Assembly (NCBI GenBank): GCA_000996245.1
Contig: LBYP01000004.1
Coordinates: 10,860 to 74,859, forward strand
Length of the DNA stretch: 64,000 bases
From: Parcubacteria group bacterium GW2011_GWA2_40_23
GTDB taxonomy: Bacteria; Patescibacteriota; Patescibacteriia; UBA11705; JABHMO01
Reading direction: 5' to 3'
Each line of letters opens with the position of its first letter. Positions within the stretch are counted from its first letter, which is position 1. Below the pieces are notes generated by a model. That model was not told the DNA's origin, ran no database searches, and was given only the letters and a program-made list of their open reading frames with translations. A program made the position numbers and the translations under genes. Below, in pieces: positions 45,811 through 55,914 of this stretch.

Positions 45811-46668
45811 TTATACAGAGACACCAAGAACTTCGCGAATAATATAACCGATGATAAATGATATTAAGGCAACGCTTAAACTTAAGATTACCATTTCCCA
45901 AAATTTTCTTTTAAAGGGGACTTCTTTCACAACTGAAATATAATAGTTGAACAGAAAGATTATCAGAATGGCAAGTAGAATTGTAGCACCAAGCGCGAGA
46001 TATGGGTTTGTAAATATGAAAAATGGAAGAGTTAATATAACTGCAGTTATTATGTAAGTTATGCCCGTATAAATTCCAGATCTTAATGCAGTTCTTGATT
46101 TTTGTTCTGCTTTTTGTGAAAGATATTCCGAAGCAGCCAGAGAAAATGTTGCTGAAAATCCAGTCACTAATCCGGCCAAGGCAATTAAATTTGTTTGCTG
46201 AAAAGCAAGAGTAAAACCAGCTAAGGCGCCAGTAAGTTCAACAAGTGAATCATTAAGACTTAAAACAATGGCACCAATAAAATGTATTTTTGTTTCTTTT
46301 AGAAGGTGCATTAACTTTTTTTCATGTTCTTGTTCTTCTTTTATTATTTTTTCGATCTCAGTATTGTCCTTGGCGTATTCTTTATATAAATGTTGTGATC
46401 TGCGTTCTTCATTTTCCATGGATTTTATGGCGAATGATAAGCCTAGGATGTGAGAAAGAAAAAGAACCCAAAATGTTTCCCAGTTATTTGCCACAACCTT
46501 TGTTTTTGAGAGACTCGCCCAAAAATCATGATGTTTTTGTTCATCAGTGGCTATCTTTTCTAGTGCATCTCGACGTTCAGCAGTTTTTGCTTGACGTGCA
46601 AGTTTTAGATATAGTTTGTACCCAGTCAGTTCTTTCTTTTGAAAATTTAGAATAAGGCTTTGTTCCAT
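45811..46668 (-). CDS. ferritin-like domain + VIT1/CCC1-family iron/manganese transporter
   Basis: 285 aa. N-terminal rubrerythrin/ferritin-like helices (ELTGYKLYLKLARQAKT…EQKHHDFW…EERRSQHLYKEYA) and a C-terminal 5-TM VIT1 domain (GAIVLSLNDSLVELTGALAGF…). Confidence 0.75.
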   Translation of the reverse strand: MEQSLILNFQKKELTGYKLYLKLARQAKTAERRDALEKIATDEQKHHDFWASLSKTKVVANNWETFWVLFLSHILGLSFAIKSMENEERRSQHLYKEYAKDNTEIEKIIKEEQEHEKKLMHLLKETKIHFIGAIVLSLNDSLVELTGALAGFTLAFQQTNLIALAGLVTGFSATFSLAASEYLSQKAEQKSRTALRSGIYTGITYIITAVILTLPFFIFTNPYLALGATILLAILIIFLFNYYISVVKEVPFKRKFWEMVILSLSVALISFIIGYIIREVLGVSV

Positions 46669-46819
46669 ATTTTTGTAGAGTTTTAGGACTATATTATAAA
46701 CTTATTATAGCATTTATGGACATAAATATACACTATTTTAGCTAAATTTATTGCCAAATTGGGGATAATTCAATGGCTTGGTTTGACTTTTGGATTGTAT
46801 TGTGCTATAATAAAAGGGT

Positions 46820-47983
46820 ATGAAAATTGCTTTCATTGGTCAAAAAGGTATCCCTATGAAATTCGGTGGTGTTGAAAAACACGTCGAAAGTCTCGCTGTT
46901 GGTTTAGCTGAACGTGGGCATGATGTCTATGCTTATACCCGTCCTTGGTATACACCTAAAAAATTAAAAATTTATAAAGGCGTGCATTTGATTTCTTTGG
47001 GTTCTTTTAAGACCAAACATTTAGATGCTATTAGTCATTCTTTTAAGGCTAGCATTGATGTTTTGCGTCGTAATTTTGATGTCGTACATTATCATGGAGT
47101 TGGTCCAGCATTAATGGCTTGGATTCCGAAATTATTTAAGCCTAGCTGTAAGGTTGTCATTACCTTTCACTGTATTGATCGCTACCATCAAAAATGGGGT
47201 TTGCTCGCTCGCCTAGCGCTTTATTTGGGTGAATGGGCGGCTGTTCATTTTGCAGATGACACCATTACAGTTTCAAAAACATTACAAAATTATTGCGCTG
47301 ATACTTATAGTGCCGATACCATTTATATTCCTAATGGGGTTGATATTGTTAAAGATACTTCAGCCGAAATTATTAAAAAGAAATATGGTTTAACAAAGGG
47401 AAGTTATATTCTTTTCTTATCTCGATTAGTTAAGCATAAAGGCGCTCACTACCTTATTGAAGCCTATAATCAACTTCATACAGATAAGAAATTGGTGATT
47501 GCCGGTGGTTCTGCTTTTACAGATGATTATGTTAAATTTTTAAAAAAACAAGCACAATACAATCCTAATATAATTTTTACTGGTAATGTGGAGGGTGGTA
47601 GTCGTGAATGGAAAGAATTATATTCAAATGCTTACCTCTTTGTGCATCCATCTGAAAGTGAAGGCTTGCCGATTGTTGTTTTAGAAGCCATGAGTTTCGG
47701 TTTGCCGGTGCTGGCTTCAAATATCCGTGAGAACATGGAAGCCATTGCCGGTGGTCATGGATTTAGTTTTAAGAATAAAAATGTTAATGATTTGAAAAAG
47801 AAATTAGAGCATTTAATTAATTCTCCGAAATTAGTTAATGAGGTTGGGCTTGATGCCAAAAAATATGTTCTTGAAAACTACAGTTGGGTTGATATTGTTA
47901 ATTCAGTTGAACATGTGTATCAGGAACTTTTGAGTTTTAATGTTGTAAATAGTTTTTCGGGGAAAGCAATTCATATCAGATAA
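46820..47983 (+). CDS. GT4-family glycosyltransferase
   Basis: 387 aa. MKIAFIGQKGIPMKFGGVEKHVESLAVGLAERGHDVYAYT, then a C-terminal GT-B motif (FVHPSESEGLPIVVLEAMSFGLPVLAS). Confidence 0.8.
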   Translation: MKIAFIGQKGIPMKFGGVEKHVESLAVGLAERGHDVYAYTRPWYTPKKLKIYKGVHLISLGSFKTKHLDAISHSFKASIDVLRRNFDVVHYHGVGPALMAWIPKLFKPSCKVVITFHCIDRYHQKWGLLARLALYLGEWAAVHFADDTITVSKTLQNYCADTYSADTIYIPNGVDIVKDTSAEIIKKKYGLTKGSYILFLSRLVKHKGAHYLIEAYNQLHTDKKLVIAGGSAFTDDYVKFLKKQAQYNPNIIFTGNVEGGSREWKELYSNAYLFVHPSESEGLPIVVLEAMSFGLPVLASNIRENMEAIAGGHGFSFKNKNVNDLKKKLEHLINSPKLVNEVGLDAKKYVLENYSWVDIVNSVEHVYQELLSFNVVNSFSGKAIHIR

Positions 47984-48003
47984 AATATAAACATGTACCG
48001 CAT

Positions 48004-48035
48004 CGGTAGGGAACAAAAATTTTTGTTCCCTACCG
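48004..48035. repeat. REP-like palindrome CGGTAGGGAACAAAAATTTTTGTTCCCTACCG (copy 2 of 3)
   Basis: Perfect 16+16 palindrome. The outer arms gtaccg…cggtac extend the hairpin to about 47994-48048. Lies between convergent genes. Confidence 0.65.
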
Positions 48036-48053
48036 AACAATACGGTACATTTT

Positions 48054-48341
48054 TTATTTTATCGGTGTAATAATTTTAGGGTCTGGACTATATTTTTTGT
48101 TCTTGATCTTCCATTGTTCTACGTACTGTCCCAGACCCTTTTGGTTGAATTTGTTCTTGACCGAAGTTCTGTTTTGTGACCAGCTTAAGAGGCTTTCGAA
48201 GTTTATTTTGTAACGTCCTTGAACCACAATATATCTTAGTTCTTCGCGACTAAGGGCTCGGCGGACAGTGTGTGGATCCACTCCAAAAAGGCGGGCAGCC
48301 TCTGATACAGAGACTCTAATTGGATGTTTCTCTTGTTCCAT
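48054..48341 (-). CDS. small HTH DNA-binding protein (excisionase/MerR-like)
   Basis: 95 aa. VSEAARLFGVDPHTVRRALSREELRYIVVQGRYKI is a helix-turn-helix plus wing. A perfect palindrome TACACTAGTGTA (48360-48371) lies about 20 nt upstream of its start. Confidence 0.5.
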   Translation of the reverse strand: MEQEKHPIRVSVSEAARLFGVDPHTVRRALSREELRYIVVQGRYKINFESLLSWSQNRTSVKNKFNQKGLGQYVEQWKIKNKKYSPDPKIITPIK

Positions 48342-48546
48342 AAATAGGCGTATTTGTCTACACTAGTGTATACAATTTAGGCATTTTTAGCATACTCTCC
48401 TGGTTGTATTTCGTCAAGTGGGGAAGCAAAATAAAGTTCAATTTTAGAGGTTTTCCCCATTTACTTTTTGATAGTTATCCTGTATAGTGTGCTACATCAG
48501 CCTGAACAAATTTTGTAACAAAATTAACCCTTTAACGTCATATTAG

Positions 48547-49098
48547 ATGAGTGCAAATTCTTTGCAAGAAAAATTCCTGATATACAAGGTACGGCAAAAC
48601 AAAGATGCAGAAGCATACGGAAAACTTTATGATTGCTATATCGATCGAATTTACCGGTTTGTCTACTTTAAAGTGAGTGTGCGCGAGGACGCAGAGGACA
48701 TCACCTCAGAAGTGTTTTTGAAGGCCTGGGAGTACATAAATACTACGACCAGGAAAATAGAAAACTTTAATGCGCTTATTTACCGGGTAGCTAGAAATTC
48801 AGTCATTGATTATTATCGTAACAAAAGAATCAATGTTAGTACTGATGATGAAGATAACATGATTCAAATCCAGGATAAAGAAAATATAGTTGCAAAAATG
48901 GATGTCGTAATAGATCGCGGAAATATAGAAAAACTGTTGAGTCATTTAAAAGAAGTCTATCGCGACGTTATACTGCTAAAATACATTGAAGAATATAGTA
49001 TCAGTGAAATAGCCGACATTACCGGGAAATCAAAAGCGAATGTGCGTGTGCTCTTGCACCGAGGCATTCAAGCTCTAAAAGAAATAAGCGAAGGTTAA
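48547..49098 (+). CDS. ECF-type RNA polymerase sigma factor
   Basis: 183 aa. Region 2 (DAEDITSEVFLKAWEYI…LIYRVARNSVIDYYRNKR) and region 4 (YSISEIADITGKSKANVRVLLHRGIQALKE). Confidence 0.8.
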   Translation: MSANSLQEKFLIYKVRQNKDAEAYGKLYDCYIDRIYRFVYFKVSVREDAEDITSEVFLKAWEYINTTTRKIENFNALIYRVARNSVIDYYRNKRINVSTDDEDNMIQIQDKENIVAKMDVVIDRGNIEKLLSHLKEVYRDVILLKYIEEYSISEIADITGKSKANVRVLLHRGIQALKEISEG

Positions 49099-49102
49099 AA
49101 CA

Positions 49103-50233
49103 ATGGACAACATTGTCGAACAACTTAAGACTTTGAAAGAGATTAAACCGCGCGCAGAATGGGTAAATTCTTCACGCGAACTTTTGTTATCTCAAATTAG
49201 CGCGCAAGCTGAAAATTCCAAAACATTAGTTGGTGCCAATGTTTGGTTCTTTTTTAAATCAGCAATGCCAAGCGGGGTGCTACGTTTTGTCGCGCAGCCA
49301 ATTGGAGTTTTGAGTGTTATTCTTCTCTTTATTGCTGGAACAGGAATTTTGGGTGTAAATGCTTCAAAAACAAGTTTGCCGGGCGATTTACTTTATCCAG
49401 TAAAATTAACCTCAGAAAAAGTTTCGCTTTCTTTAATTATAAATGACAGTAAAAAAGCCGAAAAACATCTTGAATATGCAGAAGAACGAGTCAAAGAAAT
49501 GGAGGCTGTTTCAGCTCAACCATTAGAAACTCAAGACAAGAAAGATAAGATTAAGCAAGCTGTTTCTGGATTAATGGATCAAATGGAAGGCGCACAAAAT
49601 CAATTAGATAAAGTTAAAGATGCGAATGAATTGGGACAGACTGAAAATAAAGTTATTGTAGAAGTTGCTCTTGGCGTTGATAAGAAAGCAGAAGAACTAA
49701 GTCAGAAAATTGCCATTCAAAAAGAAGAATATAAAGAAGATAAAGAACTCGAAACAGCTTTTGGAGCCGCACAAGCATCAACCAATCAAACTGGCGTGAA
49801 GGCTGTAGAGGTAGTTATTAACGGCGTTGAAAATTCAAAACTAGAAATGCCGACCAAGGAAATCATGAACGTTATTCAAAAGAAAATAGAAAACACAGCG
49901 GTGACAGTTGAAGAAATGAAAAAGTCTATTGAACAGGCTGGCGCAGTTGAAAATCAGGTTGATGTGATTCTCGAAATGAAAGATAGACCAACAACCGCAA
50001 CATCAACACTTTCTGAAGCTCAGGAATTTTTAAACCAAGGCGATTTAACAGGCGCAATTGAAAGAATAAAAACAACAGTTGGAATCACTAACGAAGTTAA
50101 AGATACTGTTAGTCATGTTGAAGCGACTATTGTTTCCCCTGCTCCGGTTGTTAATAGTACTGTGGTCGTTCCAGAGCCAGCGGCTGTGGATGTTAAAGTG
50201 AATACGGATGTGATTATTAAACCTACTAATTAA
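49103..50233 (+). CDS. putative anti-sigma factor / coiled-coil membrane protein
   Basis: 376 aa. Start codon is 4 nt after the sigma-factor stop. One TM helix (VAQPIGVLSVILLFIAGTGIL) and a long Glu/Lys-rich coiled-coil ectodomain. Confidence 0.4.
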   Translation: MDNIVEQLKTLKEIKPRAEWVNSSRELLLSQISAQAENSKTLVGANVWFFFKSAMPSGVLRFVAQPIGVLSVILLFIAGTGILGVNASKTSLPGDLLYPVKLTSEKVSLSLIINDSKKAEKHLEYAEERVKEMEAVSAQPLETQDKKDKIKQAVSGLMDQMEGAQNQLDKVKDANELGQTENKVIVEVALGVDKKAEELSQKIAIQKEEYKEDKELETAFGAAQASTNQTGVKAVEVVINGVENSKLEMPTKEIMNVIQKKIENTAVTVEEMKKSIEQAGAVENQVDVILEMKDRPTTATSTLSEAQEFLNQGDLTGAIERIKTTVGITNEVKDTVSHVEATIVSPAPVVNSTVVVPEPAAVDVKVNTDVIIKPTN

Positions 50234-50401
50234 GTAATTATTATAAAATCCTAAAGAACTCTCTTTGGGTTGTGGTGGCCAGCAGGTCGAGGGGTGTCAA
50301 AACCTCGGTTGCTACATAACTAAAATTAAAAGGTGGTATGTGATTATTTCTAGCTATAGAGGAAATAATTCGTACTGCCGATAAGAAAGATTAAATTAAG
50401 T

Positions 50402-53400
50402 ATGAAAAAAGTTCTAGTCATGAGCGTGGTGTTAGCCACACTTGTATGGACAATGGGACTAGCTACATTTATTCCTGCCGTTTCAGCTGCTACTTTAACA
50501 GCTGGCGACTTGATTAAGGGTAGTGGTTCAGCTGTGTATTTTTACGCTGCTGATGGAAAACGTTATACTTTTCCAACATTGTCAACATACATGACCTGGT
50601 ATGCTGATTTTTCAACAGTGAAAACAATCACTGACAGCGAAATGGCAGCTATTTCTTTAGCTGGTAATGTAGTTGTTAGACCAGGTACAAAGTTGATCAA
50701 GATCGACACAGTTCCAAAAGTTTTTGCAGTCGAACCTAAGGGTAAATTAGTTTGGGTAGCTTCTGAAGCTGTTGCAAACACTCTTTATGGTGCTGATTGG
50801 GCAAAAAAGATTGTCACAATTCCAGATGGATTTTGGACAAACTATACAGACTCAGGTTTATCTTTAAGTGGTACTACATATCCAGAAGGACAGCTTGTTA
50901 AATGGGCTGGCTCAACAAACGTATATTATGTAACAGGCGGTAAGAAGGCTTTAGTGTCTTCAGATGCTGTTCTTGCTGCTAATATGTGGAAAGCTGGTGA
51001 TGTAGTTACTGCTCCTGCATCAATTATAATGGTAGATGGCACAGCTATTACAGCTGCAGTCGCTACTCTTGTTGATGTCTCACAGGGCGGGGGCGCTGGT
51101 TCAGTTGTTGTCCCAACGGGTGCTGGCACTTTGACAGTTGCTTTGGCTGGTGACACTCCAGCTGCATCTCCAGTTGCTGTTTCAGGTACTGCAAATTTTG
51201 TTAAATTTGGTTTAACAGCTAACGGCGCTGCCATGACTGTTTCAAAGATTCTCATCACTAAAGGTGGGTATTCAGGAACAGGTGATGTTGAAAATATCAA
51301 GATTACAGATTTAAGCGGTGTTGGTTTGACAAATTCAACAAGCTTGAACACAAACGGAACAGCTAACTTAACATTTTCTCCAGCTCTTTCATTGGCCGCT
51401 GGTGAAACAAGATATTTCTATGTTAAGTCAGGTATCGTTGCAGGTGTTAGTTCTGGTGTAACAGTCTCATTTGCTATTGCCGCTTCTTCTGATGTTACTT
51501 CATCAGCTGCAACAGTAGCTGGTAATTTCCCTGTTTTGGGAAATGCTATGAGCGTTGTTGCTGTCACTATTGGTACTGCTAAGGTTTATACTGATGGTAC
51601 TGTAACTGACACAACTCCAGATTCTGGCGATAATAACGTTATTATCAACAAATTCAGAGTCGAAGCTGGTACTACAGAAGCTATTACCATTGAATCTATT
51701 ACTTTAATGGAAGCTGGTACTGCTGGCTTATCTGATGTTAAAAATCTAGAATTATGGAGCGTTACTCAAAATAAATCTTTGGGTGAAGTCGCTGCCTATG
51801 ATTCTAATGGTAAGGTTAGCTTTACAAACTTGAACATTGTTGTTGGTAAAGGTGAAATCCATCGCTTTTCTGTTCGCGAGGACATTGTAAGCGGTGCTGG
51901 TTTAACAACCAATACTGACCTCGTAGATGGAACAGAAGTTTTAATGTCAGTTAAAGGAAATGCTTATGGTTTCTATATAACTGCTACTGATCCAAATACC
52001 TGGGGTGGTAAAGGGGCTTCTGACCAAACCATCAACACTGGTGCCTTGAGCATTTCAAAGTCAACTACAACTCCTGCTACAGGCAAGATTGCAGAAGCTG
52101 CTGATCAATTATTAGCAGTATTTGATGTTGAAGCTAAGGGTGAAGATGTAAGAGTTTCAGCGTTCAAAGTTACATTTACATTAGGTGGCACAGGTGATGG
52201 TGCTGACTTAATTTCATGTAAATTGACAGATAAAGATGGTCTTTTGGTAGCTGGCCCAGCTGATGGAACAGATGCTTTAGACTATGTTAACTTCACTGAT
52301 ACTTTTGTTGTTCCGGTTGGAATCAACAAATATTCATTGAAGTGTCGTGTCTTTGATAGCGATTCAAATGACTTCACTGGTGGTGCAACTTACCAAATGG
52401 TAGCAACAGCTGCTACTGGTATTACAGCTAAGGGTGTTTCAACTAACGATTCAATTACTGCATCTGGAACAGCTACTGCCAATGTTATGACAGTTGCTAC
52501 GGTTGCGTTAACTGCAACTACTCTTGGTACACCTGCAGCGCAAAGTGTTGCTGCTGGTACAGCTAACATGATTTGGTCTACATTTACATTAGATGCTGCT
52601 AATTCCGGCGAAAATGTTAATGTTACTAACGTAGTGTTAGAAGATACTGTTACTGTTGCTGGTAATGCAGAAGATATTGATAACGTTGAAGTTTGGTGCG
52701 ATCAATCGAGCGCATCTAGCGAACGTGGTGATATCTACGAAAAGAAGGTTTCTGATACAGAGTCTTGGGAAGGAACTGGTAATGGAGATGATCTATTATC
52801 AGTTAACTTTGTTGAAACTGTAACAGTGACTAAGAATTCATTTGTTAAGTGCGCGGTTGTTGCTGACCTAGGTTCTGGTGCTGGCGCTGGTGAAAAACAC
52901 ACAATCAGTTTAGATACTGATTCCGGTGATGTCACAGCTACTGGTGCTGACACTGGCGCAACAGCAACTGTTACTCCTACAGGAGCTGGTCAAACAATGA
53001 CTGTAGCTGCTAACGGCACATTAACAGTTTCTGTTGATGCAACTTCTCCAAAAGCTGCTATCTTCGTTTCAAGCGAAGCTAAGCAAACGGTTGCAGTCTT
53101 TAAATTGGCTGCTAACTCTGTTGAAGCATTGGATCTTGATGAATTAACTTTGACTGATGATGGTTCTGATACTGGTGTTGCTACATATTATATCTACAGT
53201 AGCAGACGCGCTGATGGCGTCGCTGTTACTGAACCTATTGCAAGCACTCCAGGTCAAGCTGCAGTTACTGCAGTTATAACTGATGGAACAGTTTCTGTTC
53301 CTGCAGGTAGCTATGTATTAATTACTGTTAAGGCTGACATCAATTACATTGATGGTACAACTATCGACAATGGTGCTACTCTTGAAGTCACTGTTGCTGA

Positions 53401-54022
53401 TGGAAGCACAGATGTTTTGACAACAGGTCTTTCTTCTGGTGCTGCAGTAGTTGGTACTGCTACAAACTATGACGCTGCTACTCATCAATTGTATGAGGCT
53501 CGTCCAGTTGTAACTAAGGATAGCAGTTCTCCAAGTGGCACTATCGGTACTGGTGCTAGCACTTTGGTTGCAGTTTTTAAGATTGACAATGCAAGTGGTA
53601 CTCAGGATATCGTGATGTCAGCTGCTAATGACGATGACATGGTATTCAACTTGTCAGGTTCTGCTACTGGAGTTTCTTGTGCTGGTGGTTGCGCTGTAGT
53701 CTTTAAGGATAAGAATGGCAATTTATTGTCAGATTCACAAACAGCTATTAACCTTGGTGGTGGCATTGCTGTTACTAATCTTAACCTAGACTTTACAGAT
53801 GGCACATTAACTGTTCCTGTTGGTGATTACGAGTTGGTCAAGGTCTATGCTAATACCACAGACTTTACAACAGCTGGTAATTCATTACAGGTTTGGTTGG
53901 ATGATGCTGCTGCAGCTAACTTCTCTTGGGGTATCGACAGCTCTGCTGGTGGTGCTCAAGTTATGGAAACTGCAGACATCTCATGGCGCGGTGATATCTA
54001 TGGTAATACACTTGGTAAATAA
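50402..54022 (+). CDS. very large secreted Thr/Ala/Gly/Val-rich repetitive surface protein (S-layer/adhesin-like)
   Basis: 1206 aa. Signal peptide MKKVLVMSVVLATLVWTMGLATFIPAVSA. N-terminal ~100-aa domain (YFYAADGKRYTFP…YGADWAKKIVTIPDGFWTNY) shared with the C-terminus of the next gene. The remainder is low-complexity beta-rich repeats. Confidence 0.6.
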   Translation: MKKVLVMSVVLATLVWTMGLATFIPAVSAATLTAGDLIKGSGSAVYFYAADGKRYTFPTLSTYMTWYADFSTVKTITDSEMAAISLAGNVVVRPGTKLIKIDTVPKVFAVEPKGKLVWVASEAVANTLYGADWAKKIVTIPDGFWTNYTDSGLSLSGTTYPEGQLVKWAGSTNVYYVTGGKKALVSSDAVLAANMWKAGDVVTAPASIIMVDGTAITAAVATLVDVSQGGGAGSVVVPTGAGTLTVALAGDTPAASPVAVSGTANFVKFGLTANGAAMTVSKILITKGGYSGTGDVENIKITDLSGVGLTNSTSLNTNGTANLTFSPALSLAAGETRYFYVKSGIVAGVSSGVTVSFAIAASSDVTSSAATVAGNFPVLGNAMSVVAVTIGTAKVYTDGTVTDTTPDSGDNNVIINKFRVEAGTTEAITIESITLMEAGTAGLSDVKNLELWSVTQNKSLGEVAAYDSNGKVSFTNLNIVVGKGEIHRFSVREDIVSGAGLTTNTDLVDGTEVLMSVKGNAYGFYITATDPNTWGGKGASDQTINTGALSISKSTTTPATGKIAEAADQLLAVFDVEAKGEDVRVSAFKVTFTLGGTGDGADLISCKLTDKDGLLVAGPADGTDALDYVNFTDTFVVPVGINKYSLKCRVFDSDSNDFTGGATYQMVATAATGITAKGVSTNDSITASGTATANVMTVATVALTATTLGTPAAQSVAAGTANMIWSTFTLDAANSGENVNVTNVVLEDTVTVAGNAEDIDNVEVWCDQSSASSERGDIYEKKVSDTESWEGTGNGDDLLSVNFVETVTVTKNSFVKCAVVADLGSGAGAGEKHTISLDTDSGDVTATGADTGATATVTPTGAGQTMTVAANGTLTVSVDATSPKAAIFVSSEAKQTVAVFKLAANSVEALDLDELTLTDDGSDTGVATYYIYSSRRADGVAVTEPIASTPGQAAVTAVITDGTVSVPAGSYVLITVKADINYIDGTTIDNGATLEVTVADGSTDVLTTGLSSGAAVVGTATNYDAATHQLYEARPVVTKDSSSPSGTIGTGASTLVAVFKIDNASGTQDIVMSAANDDDMVFNLSGSATGVSCAGGCAVVFKDKNGNLLSDSQTAINLGGGIAVTNLNLDFTDGTLTVPVGDYELVKVYANTTDFTTAGNSLQVWLDDAAAANFSWGIDSSAGGAQVMETADISWRGDIYGNTLGK

Positions 54023-54045
54023 TCAAGTTCGTATATCGTAAAAAA

Positions 54046-54080
54046 GAGTTCCCCCGTTTTAACGGGGGTCTCTTTTTTTT
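54046..54080 (+). terminator. rho-independent terminator
   Basis: gagttcccccgttttaacgggggtctc followed by T9. Confidence 0.7.
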
Positions 54081-54126
54081 CTTTAAAATCTGCTATAATA
54101 TAGAAAAGAATAAAATTTACTAGAAT

Positions 54127-55737
54127 ATGAAAAGATTAATGATTCCTTTATTATTATTTTTTGTTTTAGCAGTACCTGCTTTGGCCATGGATGATTCTTT
54201 GTTTGAAAAGAATGATGTGCCCACTGCAACGTGGTATGTCGGGCAGTTCGATAAATTAGCATTAGAGGTAACGATACCTTCTGGAAATGGCGGAGTAGAT
54301 AGTTTGAATGCACTAACCGTTGTAAATGCGGGAAATGCCTACTATGCTCATGGTTTACAAAATTTACGTTTATGGGCTGATGCAGGTTCCCCTGGTTTTC
54401 AGGGCTGGGGAGTTGACACTGATTTTGGTCCTGGGAGTTCTTCCGGTTTACAAAATTCCTGGGTTTGGAATAATTTAGATGTGAGTATCGGAGCAGAGGG
54501 AAAAAGATTTTTTGTCAGCACTGAAATGTGGACTACGGTGCCATTAACATCAGTTAACTATACAGTACAATTAAAAATTCCAGAGTTATTAGATGTTAAT
54601 AATAATGGTTTTTACGATGCGGATGACCAGGGTGTTTTCATGGAATCAAAGAACAATGGTCCGTTGACTGATTCAGTTATGAACGGGCCAAGTCAAATTA
54701 TCAGTTATGCTAATAGCGATGTTGAAGGGCCAAAAGTAATTTTGAATAATATTAGTAATAATCAGGTTTTAACTTCAAGTTCTTATGTGATTCAAGGGCA
54801 GGCACGCGATCAGGGAAAATCCTCTACTGAGTTTGTGAAGATAAAGATTTCAAAAGTTGGAGGAACGGCTGGAGAGTTGGTTTTAACTGATTCCTTGACT
54901 GATAATTATTCATCTTGGAGATACGTCTGGACTGGCATAGAAGATGGTACTTACAAGATTCAAACACAGTCGCAGGATTTCATGGGGTATTTGTCTTCAA
55001 CCACAGCTATTACAGTGGTTGTTAACAAGGGCGGCGAATTAGCTCAGCAATATTCATCAGTTTCTCTCGATAAAAACACTGCAGTTGCCAATGGAAGTGA
55101 CACTATTAATGTTAATGTCATACTTCGAAATGGAGATGATTATCCATTAAAAGACAAAACAGTTTATTTAAAAGAAGTTCGTGATAGTGGAGATGTAATT
55201 GTTAAAACATCTGGTTCTGGCGCTTTGGGTAAAGTTGTTTTTGCTTTACGCGCCTATGATCCTTCAGTCGGTACTTATAAAATAACAATGGATGATGAAC
55301 AAATAGGCCAAAACTTCACTCTTTCTTTTGTAGAAAAGAAAGCAGATGATTCTAGCGACTATACCGAGGGTCGTTGGATAAGAATAGATGGTCACCCAGC
55401 AGTATATTTTCTTGATGCTAATAATGTAAGACATGCGTATCCAACACAATCAGTTTGGGAAAGTTATTTCGGTACTGATTTTTCTAAGGTTGAAAAAGTT
55501 ACAGCGACTGAAATGGCTAATTACACCCTAGGTAAAAATGTGACTTTCAAAATTGGTACTTTAATGAAATTGCCAACAGTTACAAAAGTTTATAAGGTTG
55601 AAAGCGAAGGTGTTATCCGTTGGGTCACAAATGAATTTGTGGCGCGCGCTTATTTCGGCGTTGATTGGGCAGATAAGATAAGAACTATTCCTGATTCTTT
55701 CTTTACAGATTATAAGGAAGGCGCTGATATTTACTAA
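54127..55737 (+). CDS. secreted protein with Ig-like repeats and a C-terminal domain shared with the 50402 protein
   Basis: 536 aa. Signal peptide MKRLMIPLLLFFVLAVPALA. C-terminal …YFLDANNVRHAYPTQSVWESYFG…FGVDWADKIRTIPDSFFTDY parallels the N-terminal domain of the upstream giant protein. Confidence 0.5.
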   Translation: MKRLMIPLLLFFVLAVPALAMDDSLFEKNDVPTATWYVGQFDKLALEVTIPSGNGGVDSLNALTVVNAGNAYYAHGLQNLRLWADAGSPGFQGWGVDTDFGPGSSSGLQNSWVWNNLDVSIGAEGKRFFVSTEMWTTVPLTSVNYTVQLKIPELLDVNNNGFYDADDQGVFMESKNNGPLTDSVMNGPSQIISYANSDVEGPKVILNNISNNQVLTSSSYVIQGQARDQGKSSTEFVKIKISKVGGTAGELVLTDSLTDNYSSWRYVWTGIEDGTYKIQTQSQDFMGYLSSTTAITVVVNKGGELAQQYSSVSLDKNTAVANGSDTINVNVILRNGDDYPLKDKTVYLKEVRDSGDVIVKTSGSGALGKVVFALRAYDPSVGTYKITMDDEQIGQNFTLSFVEKKADDSSDYTEGRWIRIDGHPAVYFLDANNVRHAYPTQSVWESYFGTDFSKVEKVTATEMANYTLGKNVTFKIGTLMKLPTVTKVYKVESEGVIRWVTNEFVARAYFGVDWADKIRTIPDSFFTDYKEGADIY

Positions 55738-55767
55738 AAAGTTATCCACAGCTAAATAGAGGATGTC

Positions 55768-55804
55768 GATCTAGGTCGACATCTTTTTTTATTTTCCAAA
55801 TTCT
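55768..55804 (+). terminator. rho-independent terminator
   Basis: gatgtcga-tctagg-tcgacatc followed by T7. Confidence 0.65.
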
Positions 55805-55914
55805 CGATAGTCTGCCTTGTCGAATCAGTCAGTCAAAAACACCTCTCGGTTACAGAAAAATAATGAAACAATGTTAGTAGACATAGCTAGGTCTACTAAT
55901 TAATTAAAAAATGT

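Noticed and set aside
50563-53805. Several 60-140 aa ORFs on both strands inside the 1206-aa surface-protein gene.
   Set aside because: Nested within a long, clearly coding, repetitive gene. They are compositional artefacts.
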